Below are positions 1 through 11,529 of a stretch of DNA of 61,617 nt, in pieces. Origin of the DNA: Octopus bimaculoides (lineage: Eukaryota). Positions within the stretch are counted from its first letter, which is position 1. Each line of letters starts with the position of its first letter. The DNA lies in assembly GCF_001194135.2 (NCBI RefSeq), contig NC_068999.1:28305541-28367157 (forward strand), given 5' to 3'. Below the pieces are notes generated by a model that was not told where the DNA came from, did not search any database, and saw only the letters and a list, made by a program, of their open reading frames with translations. Position numbers and translations under genes: made by a program.

Positions 1-238
1 AGCTATATTTTTGAATAGAATTTATTTTCGATAATTTCAATTGATTTTAATCGATTTAAATTTCCTTTCTATTTGAAAATTAGTTATGAAACACGTGTAA
101 TCTTTTTATTATATTTATCTTATGATATTTACTTTACTTTATATTATACTCATTTATTGTGCTTTTAATTATTAATTTTTCTATATGTGATAGTGGATTT
201 TCATCAATGAGTTCTTGAAACTTGGTTATTTTCCCTAA

Positions 239-281
<43 letters not shown>

Positions 282-1370
282 TACACATACACATTTGAAA
301 GGCTCTGATTTTTAGTACTCGTTTCTGATCATCGGCTGGTAAACCAAGCCTGCTGTTCTTTTGAAATATCACTGAATATTTTTTGAAATATGAAATGAAA
401 GTTTGAAGAAAATACTTATCCTTATGTTCTTTTGTTTAAAAACCTTTGTAAACAACACCAAGGTTACTATCACTGGGAAAGAGGGTTTGAAGAATCAAAA
501 TCTTATGTTCAGAAATAATGTGTAATCTATTGGGTCTAAAATCAGGTCCACTGCTTTGATAGAATATAAAACCAACAGCACAACAAAATAATGTTTTTGA
601 AAAACTTGAACATTGATTAAGAGAAATTTTATTTGAAGGCTCTGGTACTAGTGTTGGTTACACCAGAGTTCATATATAAACCAACAAATAGCATCTTTTA
701 TTTTGTACCTACCCTCACACAAGTCAAATTTCTCTTTAATTCTTCAAACTTCTCATCCCATACAAATATTATTAATAATATGTTTTTGATATTAACTTGT
801 TTCTTGTGGGATTCAAGGGATCTTGTATCACAGTTTTGGGAAAAAAATTGTAGGAGAAAAATAGCAACATATCCTGAAATAAGTTTATGCCAGTGAACAG
901 AATTTGTGCATCTCTTGACCAAAATTTTTCTTTATATAGAAAGTGTGGTTTGGTGTCATGAATTTTTTTTTTTTTTTTTTTGAAATTGCAAGACCACAAA
1001 ATTTTAGGTTTTCCAGTTTTTCTGGTTTTTAATTGCATCAAAAACCATCAAATACATTGGAAATTTTTATAGTTACTGACTTTAACATGTAAAAATAGAT
1101 GAAACCAGAAAATTATGAGTAGCTTCATTTTCACTTATGTCACATTTATTTTTTTTTATTTTTGACAAATTTTGTCTACTTTCACACATCATAAGTTAAT
1201 TTCCAGGATGTTACTTGTATACTTTGTTAAATGGCACTAACGCCTTTCTCTCATGTTTCTCTGAATAAAATAATGAGAGTTCTAGGAACAGATCAATACA
1301 ATACAGATTGGGAAACCAGTTCCCTGTATCCAGGTATTGCTAGATGGACCTAACCAGTTTCTACTGGTTT

Positions 1371-1680
1371 TCATCATAGTTTAGCATCCATTTTACATGC
1401 TGGCATTGGTTGGATGGTTTGATAGGAGCTGGCAAACTGGAGAACAGTGTGAGACTCCAATTACCTATTTTGGTGTGGTTTCTAAGCTGGATGCCCTTCC
1501 TAATGCCAAGTACTTTACAGATGTACTGGGTGCTTTTTATGTGGCACCAGCGCAGGAGCTTTTTACGTGGCACTAGCATGGGTACTTTTTATGTGGTACC
1601 AGCACAGGTGCTTTTTTTTAAGTGGCGCCAGCATGAATGCTTCTTCTTAATGTTGACCACCAGCGTTGGTCATTGGATAG
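1371..1680 (-). mobile_element. Degenerate RTE-type LINE 3' tail / RTE-tailed repeat
   Basis: Diverged reverse complement of the tail seen intact at 10130-10276 and 19190-19342 (gctggatgcccttcctaatgcca; catcat tail). Confidence 0.7.
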
Positions 1681-1719
1681 CCAGAGTGGGAAGGGTGTGG
1701 GTTTAGATGATAGAAAAGT

Positions 1720-2810
1720 GGTTATAAAAGATAATGAATTTCTCAAATAATAGCCTTTACAACAGTGAGTGTGATACAACTAGTGGTAGGGGGAGATTTG
1801 GGGTTCAGTTAGTTACAATGGTGCTAGCTAATAATATCAAAATATTAAAATTTAAAATTTGAAGTATTGGTGAAAGTGTATACTTGTTGGGAATAGATAA
1901 ATAAAAAAATTATTACTAGATCTAGTAGAGCGAGGCCCAGGGATGAAACAGATACACAAATAATAGATAATAGATATCATAATGATGGAAAATTAATTTA
2001 TGTTGAGTGAAAAAACTGGTGAATTAAATTAATTATATATATTTTATTAATCAGTGTTTAACTCCATAACTGCAAGGAAAAGAAGGCCTAGTAGTGTTTA
2101 TTTAATAACAACAGCACTGAACAGTTATTAGATTAATTATAATCTAGGTGGGATGCAGAAATATGAGTTAAGAAAAATAAGAATCTATAAAATAAAAAGG
2201 ATATGATAAAGTAAATATCCTGATTTAATTGAGCTTATGTGATGTCTAAACTACATATCAGTGAGAATCATAGGTAGGTAGTTTACTACAATTGGATTTA
2301 CGGTAAAATCTAAAGGATTTAAAGAATTTATGAACACATGTAGAGAAGGCTTCATATTGCTTAATTGTGTGGAGTTATGTAATAGGATTTGTATCAGTGC
2401 TCTCAACCATAACTAACATAGGATGTTTTGGTCTTGGTATGGAGGACCTGAGTCTGTGATAGACCAAGCTATATTATGTGGTATGTTCCTTTTCCTAAGG
2501 CAGTGTGTATGTTCTGCGAGGGAAGTAACATCAGGTCTTGTGGAATAGCCATATTTAAGTGGCAATAAACATTATTACTATTTTCCTTAGTTGTGATTGG
2601 TGGGGTGTGTCTATTAAACTTGCACTTATTAGATGTTGCTATGATGGATTTGATGCTAGATGTAGTGGAATAGGATAATTTAATGGTAGATCAGTTGAAG
2701 ATAGAGTGGTACTTACGGTAAGGTGGGAAATTAGATTTGATAATGGCAAAGAATTGCTCTGGTAGAACCTAAACATTTAACGAGAAGAGAGTGTACCAAA
2801 GTAGAGTTCT
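1720..2810 (-). mobile_element. Degenerate Penelope-like element (RT linker + GIY-YIG C-terminal remnant)
   Basis: Minus-strand translation gives FFAIIKSNFPPYRKYHSIFN*STIKLSYSTTSSIKSII and SLAEHTHCLRKRNIPHNIAWSITDSGPPY...ILC*LWL, matching the PLE pattern (HFP..H.IFN...K.SYS; W.I...A..Y....C.LCL). Multiple stops. Confidence 0.7.
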
Positions 2811-3362
2811 TTCCAAACCCCCCACCTACACACACACACACTTTTATTAGGTAATCATTGGGGGTTCATAGAATTTGGTTTCTTAATGGGTATTTGGGAT
2901 GCAATTCCATCTTGAGGATTACATTTTGCATGAGTTTTTTGAGGGGTGGTTGGGGCGGGGGGTAGTTGGATATGCTCAGTAAATTGCTTGTTACAGTTTG
3001 GGGTAATAGGTAGAGTGTTCCTATCTCTAGTAGGGAATGTTATATTCACTGTTTTGGGGTGCATAGAATTAGGATCTAATTGGATTAGATAGTTCTTAAG
3101 CTTAGAATTATCATAGATATGTATGTATACACATGTATGTATGTATATACACACATATATATATATATATATATGTCTATCATAAATATATAGGGATTAG
3201 CAGTAAACTGCTTCTCCAACATACTGAGAATTCAGAAATAGCAGCCAAGGAACTACTGATTCCAAAACTACAAATTTTTCTCTAAATTGATAGCAATATT
3301 TATGTTACACACAGAACAAAAAACAGAAGAGAAGAGTAAAAAAACAACTTGCCTTTAGTTAA

Positions 3363-3421
3363 TTTAGTACGACGTTTCACAGTTAAGAGCATGAAATACT
3401 CCATTCTGATCTTCAGCTAAA
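3363..3421 (-). ncRNA. Minimal type I hammerhead ribozyme (copy probably duplicated by assembly)
   Basis: Minus strand: UUUAG-CUGAAGA-U-CAG[loop]CUG-U-GAAA-CGUCG-UA-CUAAA. Stem I 5 bp, intact core, stem III ACG(U)CGU, GUA cleavage triplet. Confidence 0.8.
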
Positions 3422-3839
3422 TATTCTAATAAATTTGCTAATGTCTAAATAACTCACGTTAATTTTGACCATGCAACATCAAGACCACGTGAGGCAGACA
3501 TTAAGAAATTTATCGGCCAGTGAGTTTAAAATCCCTCACCCTAATGAATTCAATTCAGTGTGTATCATAAATAGTCCCGCATAGAAAAAAANNNNNNNNN
3601 NNNNNNNNNNNNNNNNNNNNNNNNNNNNNNNNNNNNNNNNNNNNNNNNNNNNNNNNNNNNNNNNNNNNNNNNNNNNNNNNNNNNNNNNNNNNNNNNNNNN
3701 NNNNNNNNNNNNNNNNNNNNNNNNNNNNNNNNNNNNNNNNNNNNNNNNNNNNNNNNNNNNNNNNNNGTATGTATACACATGTATGTATGTATATACACAC
3801 ATATATATATATATATATATGTCTATCATAAATATATAG

Positions 3840-4315
3840 GGATTAGCAGTAAACTGCTTCTCCAACATACTGAGAATTCAGAAATAGCAGCCAAGGAACT
3901 ACTGATTCCAAAACTACAAATTTTTCTCTAAATTGATAGCAATATTTATGTTACACACAGAACAAAAAACAGAAGAGAAGAGTAAAAAAACAACTTGCCT
4001 TTAGTTAATTTAGTACGACGTTTCACAGTTAAGAGCATGAAATACTCCATTCTGATCTTCAGCTAAATATTCTAATAAATTTGCTAATGTCTAAATAACT
4101 CACGTTAATTTTGACCATGCAACATCAAGACCACGTGAGGCAGACATTAAGAAATTTATCGGCCAGTGAGTTTAAAATCCCTCACCCTAATGAATTCAAT
4201 TCAGTGTGTATCATAAATAGTCCCGCATAGAAAAAAATCCCGTACGAACTTATTGCGGTTTAACTATTCACCTTAGAGGTATTACTAAAATATAGATATA
4301 CAGGGCAGGGAATCG
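3840..4315 (-). mobile_element. Non-coding HHR-bearing unit (PLE pseudo-LTR-like) between (TA)n tracts
   Basis: About 480 bp of non-microsatellite sequence flanked by TA repeats, contains the HHR at 4009-4067, no convincing ORF. Confidence 0.6.
4009..4067 (-). ncRNA. Minimal type I hammerhead ribozyme
   Basis: Identical to 3363-3421: stem I UUUAG/CUAAA, CUGAAGA, stem II CAG/CUG with U-U at its base, GAAA, palindromic stem III, GUA triplet. Confidence 0.82.
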
Positions 4316-4392
4316 TCTATATATATATGTCTATGTATAAATGTATATATATTTAGACACAAACACACACACACACATATATATATATATTA

Positions 4393-5226
4393 CAGGGTTT
4401 CCAGGCTAAATTTGAAAGTTTGCATAAAAGGGAAAGCAAACACTATATCCCATCCAAAAATAAATGTGTTTTACAAAATCAGAAAATATTAATTTGATTG
4501 TGGCTAGGAGATAACAGTTTATTCAAAGTAACCACCCTCAGCTTCTACCATAGCTTCAAGATGGCTCCAAAACCTGATAAATGCATTTCTCACTGTATCC
4601 CTGAGAAGATCTTTGAACACCTCCTTCATCTTGGCCACCAACTCAGCCTCTGTATGCATATATGTCTGTGAGACATGCAAGAACTATGCAGAGTTCATCA
4701 CCAAAATGTTTTTAGATCAACAGGAGCATTAGGAGGCAAGAAATTGGGGTTGGTGAAGTCATAAAAATTCTCTGACAACCACTTCTGACTCTTTCCAGAG
4801 GTATGAGAAGGAACCAAATCCTGTTGCCACACATTTGTCCTTCCAGCAGCTTCACATAGTTGTTTGAATTGAACCTAAGGCCCTGTTCAAAACTGGAGGA
4901 TGAAGTCCTGCATGTGAACATGATCTGAATACCTGTTGTGTCCCTTCCTGATGGCAATGGCTTCATAGTCCCCATTGCAGCTGTCCTTGTCATGTTTTAC
5001 AGCCTTTACAGTGTTCACAGAGCATTCAGTAGCACACAGCATTTTGATAGCCGGCACGAGTCATCATGATACAGGAACTCTTTTCCAATATTTCCAGTCC
5101 TCCGTAACATTTTCTCAAATACAACTTTAATTTTTATGCTCTCTAATGCTGTTGAGTGTTCACCAGTGCATCACACTCTTTCTGAAAAAAGGAAACACAA
5201 TCATCAAATTTAGCCCAAACACCCTG
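4393..5226 (-). mobile_element. Internally deleted Tc1/mariner element, probably maT (DD37D)-like
   Basis: Imperfect TIRs CAGGGTTTCCAGGCTAAATTTGA / rc CAGGGTGTTTGGGCTAAATTTGA. Minus-strand remnants QQDLVPSHTSGKSQKWLSENFYDFTNPNFLPPNAP and EAELVAKMKEVF...VEAEGGYFE*. D spacing could not be counted because of decay. Confidence 0.8.
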
Positions 5227-5329
5227 TGTATATATGTATGTATATGTACAAATATATTATGTATTTATATCTGTATGCATATATATTTGCGAGACACACA
5301 AAAACTACACAGAGTTCATCACCAAAAAT

Positions 5330-5680
5330 GTTTTGAGATCAGACGTCATCTTAAGGTCTGAACAAGGAACCAAAATGATTCTCATTGAAATGTCAGTACC
5401 ATATGAGAGCCACATCAAAGAGCAGCACATCTTTAAGATGAGCAAATATTGTCAGCTGGCAAAGCAGCTAGGGAATGAGGGTTACCCTTGTAGTGTGGAA
5501 CCAGTTGAAGTTGTACCATGAGTCTTTGTGGCCGCTTCAATGTACCAGCTACTCAGACAGTTGGATATCAAAGGCCACAGAAGAACTGCCACAATCAAGC
5601 ACTTGGCTGGTGTTGCTAAAAAGAGCTCAGTGTAGATATAGTGAAAGAGAAATGATCAAAGGACCAAAGTTATAGATTCC
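5330..5680 (+). mobile_element. HERO-like non-LTR retrotransposon 3' fragment (restriction-like endonuclease)
   Basis: LRSDVILRSEQGTKMILIEMSVPYESHIKEQHIFKMSKY...EPVEVVP*VFVAASMYQLLRQLDIKG...KKSSV*I**KR resembles the RPD..ELTVPWE..K..KY..VEVG.RGF..W.KR RLE terminus. Stops present. Confidence 0.7.
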
Positions 5681-6001
5681 ATTGGTTATTTATAGGAAAT
5701 ATAAGGAAGAAGAGAACTGGTTCCTTTGTCAGTCAGAGTGGCCTAGTGGTTTGAAACACAGACAGGGGAACACAAGATCACAAAAAGAATGACCCAGTTT
5801 CAAATCCCATTAGAGACAGGCTTTTGGAAAGCAGCAGGAGGACACCTAGGAGTCATGACCTGGGTGGGCCTGGCTCTCGAGAGTGTCAGGAATAAGGGCT
5901 AAAACACTTGTCAGATGGGAGCTCTTCCTCTGAAGATCTCTTCTCTGTGTGCTCACCTTGTAACAAATTTCTGTTATTTATATTATATATGTATGTATGT
6001 A

Positions 6002-6064
<63 letters not shown>

Positions 6065-6740
6065 NNNNNNNNNNNNNNNNNNNNNNNNNNNNNNNNNNNN
6101 NNNNNNNNNNNNNNNNNNNNNNNNNNNNNNNNNNNNNNNNNNNNNNNNNNNNNNNNNNNNNNNNNNNNNNNNNNNNNNNNNNNNNNNNNNNNNNNNNNNN
6201 NNNNNNNNNNNNNNNNNNNNNNNNNNNNNNNNNNNNNNNNNNNNNNNNNNNNNNNNNNNNNNNNNNNNNNNNNNNNNNNNNNNNNNNNNNNNNNNNNNNN
6301 NNNNNNNNNNNNNNNNNNNNNNNNNNNNNNNNNNNNNNNNNNNNNNNNNNNNNNNNNNNNNNNNNNNNNNNNNNNNNNNNNNNNNNNNNNNNNNNNNNNN
6401 NNNNNNNNNNNNNNNNNNNNNNNNNNNNNNNNNNNNNNNNNNNNNNNNNNNNNNNNNNNNNNNNNNNNNNNNNNNNNNNNNNNNNNNNNNNNNNNNNNNN
6501 NNNNNNNNNNNNNNNNNNNNNNNNNNNNNNNNNNNNNNNNNNNNNNNNNNNNNNNNNNNNNNNNNNNNNNNNNNNNNNNNNNNNNNNNNNNNNNNNNNNN
6601 NNNNNNNNNNNNNNNNNNNNNNNNNNNNNNNNNNNNNNNNNNNNNNNNNNNNNNNNNNNNNNNNNNNNNNNNNNNNNNNNNNNNNNNNNNNNNNNNNNNN
6701 NNNNNNNNNNNNNNNNNNNNNNNNNNNNNNNNNNNNNNNN

Positions 6741-6762
<22 letters not shown>

Positions 6763-6771
<9 letters not shown>

Positions 6772-8169
6772 TGCAGAATAAAACCATTAGGTCATCGACT
6801 CAAAAAGCCACAACCCACCAATGACCACATATAGGAGGTGCAGCATAAACCACCAAACGAAAGTAGCAAAGGGAAGGAAAGATTTTATACACAAGAATAA
6901 AATCGATTAAAAAATATTATAGAATAACATATATAAATAAACTGCAATTAAAAGGTGATTAAAAATATTATAGAGCGGTACAGATGTAGTGGAATAAAAA
7001 AATATATATATAGAAAAAACAATAAAATAAAATAAACATATAGGGAAACGTAGTAAAATAGTTCATTCGTTGAGATTAATGGCTAATAAAAGAATTTTAA
7101 GTTTAAATTGTACAAAAGTCCATTACTTCTCTCAGGACAGCAAATTTAGCAGGTAAAATCCAATTTCGTAATTCATACACAGGAATACCGAAGTACACGG
7201 GACGACATAATAAGACAACATCCAATGTGTAACAAGGTAAAATCCATATTTCACCATCAACGTTATTTAAGTCCAAGAAAATCAAGGCACACCAGTCGAT
7301 ACATTAAACCAACATCGAGCAGGTAACATCGGTAAAATCAAACCATAATTTAACATCATTTACAAAGGATTACAAATATAGGTCGGAATACAAACAAAAC
7401 ACCTGGCCATTTCGAGGGTACATCACTGGTGCCTTCGTTGATGTTTGTGTGTGTTCTTTACCCTGAAGAGGGGGTCTTCACTAATTTGTACTCTAATTAC
7501 GGTGATGTACCCCCGAAATGGCCATAGGTGTTTTGTTTGTATTCCGACCTATATTTGTAATCCTTTGTGAATGATGTTAAATTATGGTTTGATTTTACCG
7601 ATGTTACCTGCTCGATGTTGGTTTAATGAATCGACTTGTGTGCCTTGATTTTCTTGGACCTAAATAACGTTGATGGTGAAATATGGATTTTACCTTGTTA
7701 GACATCGGATGTTGTCTTATTATGTCGTCCCGTGTACTTCGGTATTCCTGTGTATGAATTACGAAATTGGATTTTACCTGCTAAATTTGCTGTCCTGAGG
7801 GAAGTAATGAACTTTCGTACAATTTAAACTTAAACTTCTTTTATTAGCCATTAATCTCAACGAATGAACTATTTTACTACGTTTCCCTATGTAATTATTT
7901 TATTTTATTGTTTTTTTCTATATATATATTTTTTTTATTCCACTACATCTGTACCGCTCTATAATATTTTTAATCACCCTTTAATCGCAGTTTATTTATT
8001 TATGTTATTCTATTATATTTTTTAATCGATTTTATTCTTATGTATAACATTTTTCGTTCCCTTTGCTACTTTGGTTTTGTGGTTTATGCTGTACCTCCTA
8101 TATGTGGTCATTGGTGGGTTGTGGCTTTTTGAGTCGATGACCTAATGGTTTTATTCTGCAATTAATTTT
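6763..8169. repeat. 1.4-kb fold-back: about 665-bp inverted arms, about 70-bp spacer
   Basis: 6763-7428 is the reverse complement of 7500-8169. 4 mismatches in a 60-nt sample (7081-7140), so the arms have diverged and are not an exact assembly echo. Confidence 0.95.
7459..7530 (+). ncRNA. Minimal type I hammerhead ribozyme at the apex of the fold-back
   Basis: UACC-CUGAAGA-GGGGGU[33 nt]ACCCCC-GAAA-UGGCCA-UA-GGUG. 6-bp stem II, palindromic stem III AUGGCCAU, AUA triplet (cut after 7526), 4-bp stem I. Confidence 0.85.
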
Positions 8170-9013
8170 GTAATTTTGTCTCAACTAGTTTGAGCACTTC
8201 TTATTACAGCTTTGTATAAATTCTATGAGTTTTCTAATACAAAACTGTTNNNNNNNNNNNNNNNNNNNNNNNNNNNNNNNNNNNNNNNNNNNNNNNNNNN
8301 NNNNNNNNNNNNNNNNNNNNNNNNNNNNNNNNNNNNNNNNNNNNNNNNNNNNNNNNNNNNNNNNNNNNNNNNNNNNNNNNNNNNNNNNNNNNNNNNNNNN
8401 NNNNNNNNNNNNNNNNNNNNNNNNNNNNNNNNNNNNNNNNNNNNNNNNNNNNNNNNNNNNNNNNNNNNNNNNNNNNNNNNNNNNNNNNNNNNNNNNNNNN
8501 NNNNNNNNNNNNNNNNNNNNNNNNNNNNNNNNNNNNNNNNNNNNNNNNNNNNNNNNNNNNNNNNNNNNNNNNNNNNNNNNNNNNNNNNNNNNNNNNNNNN
8601 NNNNNNNNNNNNNNNNNNNNNNNNNNNNNNNNNNNNNNNNNNNNNNNNNNNNNNNNNNNNNNNNNNNNNNNNNNNNNNNNNNNNNNNNNNNNNNNNNNNN
8701 NNNNNNNNNNNNNNNNNNNNNNNNNNNNNNNNNNNNNNNNNNNNNNNNNNNNNNNNNNNNNNNNNNNNNNNNNNNNNNNNNNNNNNNNNNNNNNNNNNNN
8801 NNNNNNNNNNNNNNNNNNNNNNNNNNNNNNNNNNNTATCTAACTAGAAAAAATTATAGAAGTAATACAAACATAAATAATAATAACAACAACAATAATAA
8901 TAATAATAACAGCAAAAATCGAAGTGTAAATAATAATAGTAATAATAATACGATAGTATAAGCAATAATAACATTATTAGGATCAACAATAGCCACAGAA
9001 CTAATAATATAAT

Positions 9014-10276
9014 GTTGATAGCTTCCGCTATCTGGGTGACCAAGTTAGTACTGGGGGTGGGTGCGCTGAAAGTGAAGCTGCTAGAATAAGAATAGCCTGG
9101 GCAAAGTTCAGAGAGCTCTTACTTTTGCTGGCGACAAAGGGCCTCTCGCTCAGAGTAAAAGGCAGACTGTATGAGGCATGTGTACGAACAGCCATGCTAC
9201 ATGGCAGTGAAACTTGGGCCTTGACTGCTGAGGACATGCGTAAGCTTGTAAGGAATGAAGCCAGTGTGCTCCGATGGATGAGTAATGTCAGTGTGCATAC
9301 TCGACAGAGTGTAAGTATTTTGAGAGAAAACTTGAACCTAAGAAGCATCAGTTGTGCTGTGCAAGAGAGACGATTGCACTGGTATGGACATGTGGCGAGA
9401 ATGGATGAGGATAGCTGTGTGAAAAAGTGCCACACCCTAGTGGTTAAGGGAACCTGTGGAAGAGGTAGGCCCAGGAAAACCTGGGATGAGGTGGTGAAGC
9501 ACGACCTCCGAACTTTAGGCATCACCAAGGCAATGACTTCTGACCAAGACCTTTGGAAATATGCTGTGCGTGAGAAGACCCAGCTAGCCAAGTGAGACCA
9601 AAATCCAAGGCCTCTGCCAGCGATGTAGCCAGCCCACTTATGCGTAACATTCCTTCTTTGGACACTAAACTCCACTTGCGAAGACCTGTTTAGGCAAGTG
9701 AAATCAAAATCAAAATCGAACTAAATTCGTAGACTGGCACCCATGCCAACGTCTTCATTTGAACACTAAACTCGGCTTGCGAAGACCTGTTGGGGCAAGC
9801 GAAAGCGAAATTGTGATGGCACCAGTCCCAGTAAATCACTAAGAGCACTGTCCGAGCGTGATCGTTGCCAGAGCACCAGCTGTCTGGCTTTCGAGCCGGT
9901 GGCACGTAAATAGCACCATTTGAGCATGACCGTTACCAACGTCGCCTTCCTGGCACTTATGCCAGTGGCACGTGAAAAGACATTCGAGTGATTTCGTTGC
10001 CACTCCCGCTAGACTGGCTCTTGTGGGGTTGGCATGTAAAATACACCATTTCGAGCGTGGTCGCTGCCAGTACCTTCTGACTGGCCTTCATGCCGGTGGC
10101 ACGTAAAAGCACCCACTACACTCTCTGAGTGGTTGGCGTTAGGAAGGGCATCCAGCTGTAGAAAGTCTGCCAGATTAGATTGGAGTCTGGTGTAGCCATC
10201 TGGTTTCAGCAGTCCTCAGTCAAATCGTCCAACCCATGCTAGCATGGAAAGCGGACGTTAAACAATGATGATGATG
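9014..10276 (+). mobile_element. 5'-truncated RTE-clade LINE (copy A): RT C-terminus, 3' UTR, (GAT)n tail
   Basis: VDSFRYLGDQV...RIRIAWAKFRELL...MLHGSETW...RRLHWYGHVARM...GRGRPRKTW (stop at 9595), long 3' UTR, tail cgtccaacccatgctagcatggaaagcggacgttaaac(aat/gat)n. Confidence 0.92.
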
Positions 10277-10345
10277 TATGTATATATATGTATATATGCA
10301 TATATATATATGTATATATGTATATATATATGTATNNNNNNNNNN

Positions 10346-10377
<32 letters not shown>

Positions 10378-10384
10378 TATATAT

Positions 10385-11195
10385 AACGATGACCAGTAAA
10401 GTGGACATTTAATGTGCTAGAAGTAGATCACATGGTGTGTCCACTAAGACCTAATTGTTCTCAAATGAAATTCAGCAAAATACCAAATCGTATGCGGGCA
10501 AGACAGTGAAAATTACATGAATAAAACATTATTATTCATGGACCGGTTTCGAAATTAACACTCTTACCGAATGTCTGCTTCTCTTCAGCGCGAACTGTAA
10601 GTAAATCATAATTCTCAGAATCTGATACAAGTTGTTCACCCCCCAGAGGCAAACGTGTATATGGTTCTGCTAATTACAACTTAATGGTAAAACTCAAAAG
10701 TCTTCGTTTTGGCGCGCTAATTCCGAGAATGTGTCTGCAGAAAATAGTTACTGCATCGCATATATCCACTTTGAGAACTTGGTCATGGTTAATCAAATTA
10801 AAACATAGAGTAAAAAATCAGATATTAATTAATATCGATTTATTACCAGGAAGCTAGCAGGAAGAGTGTTAATTTCAAAACCAGTCTGTGAATAATAATG
10901 TTTTATTTATGTAATTTTCACTGTCTTGCCCACATACGTTTTGGTATTTCGCTGAATTTCGTTTGAATTTCGTTTGAGAACCATTAGGTCTTAGTGGACA
11001 CAACATGTGATCTACTTCTAGCACATTAAATGTCCACTTTACTGGTCATCATTATATATAAACATATACTTTAATCCCCTAAGATCTCAGATATTTTTTC
11101 TGAATCTCTCTGATTCTTTAAATGTGCTAACTTCCTGATAATAAATCGATATTAATTAATATCTGATTTTTTACCCTATGTTTTAATTTGATTTT
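10385..11195. mobile_element. Rearranged HHR-bearing non-coding element with two inverted segment pairs
   Basis: 10385-10565 is inverted at 10862-11060, and 10790-10859 is inverted at 11125-11195. Flanked by (TA)n. Homologous to the 34.3-35.2 kb unit. Confidence 0.85.
10535..10594 (-). ncRNA. Minimal type I hammerhead ribozyme, stem I eroded by CpG decay
   Basis: UUCGCG-CUGAAGA-GAAG[loop]UUUC-GAAA-CCGG-UC-CAUGAA. Stem III ACCGGU palindrome, GUC triplet. The 3' stem I strand reads CAUGAA here and UGUGAA in the inverted copy; both derive from CGCGAA by transitions at CpG. Confidence 0.78.
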
Positions 11196-11241
11196 ATATA
11201 TATATACATATATACATATATATATGTATAATCTGTCAGGC

Positions 11242-11289
11242 AAAGGCCTTGATGAATACCACTAGGTATGAAAATATGTATTCACCTTT
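11242..11289 (+). ncRNA. Degenerate hammerhead-like motif
   Basis: AAAGGC-CUUGAUGA-AUACC acua GGUAU-GAAA-AUAUGUAUU-C-ACCUUU. Stems II, III and I are recognisable but the core has an extra base. Confidence 0.5.
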
Positions 11290-11529
11290 ATATATTTAAT
11301 TCTCTATATTGAATACTCAATATTTAATATATTCAATAAGACATTCAATACTTCATTTCATTTTACCATCTATTTTTATATTATATATTCCATATTCTAT
11401 ATCCCACATTAATTTTACAAGAATATAAATAAAACATAAAAAACAGACAGTTGGAACTCTTTTAAATAATATATATATATATTTTTCTTCACTCGTTTAT
11501 TACTGTTCTTATTTTATTATTTTAACTCA

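Noticed and set aside
311-340. Minus-strand CCGAUGA-UCA-GAAACGAGUACUAAA resembling the 4009 HHR
   Set aside because: No stem II and an altered core; at best a deleted remnant and not distinguishable from chance.
3120-4236. Apparent tandem duplication (3120-3590 = 3767-4236), which would give tandem HHRs
   Set aside because: The copies look identical, include the same microsatellite and flank an N gap. Most likely unmerged contig overlap, so it is not counted as a retrozyme dimer.
5908-6834. Long ORFs in the track spanning N runs or (TA)n/(CA)n (also 8212, 21724, 29946, 39172, 49509, 58658 and others)
   Set aside because: Artefacts of gaps and low-complexity DNA.
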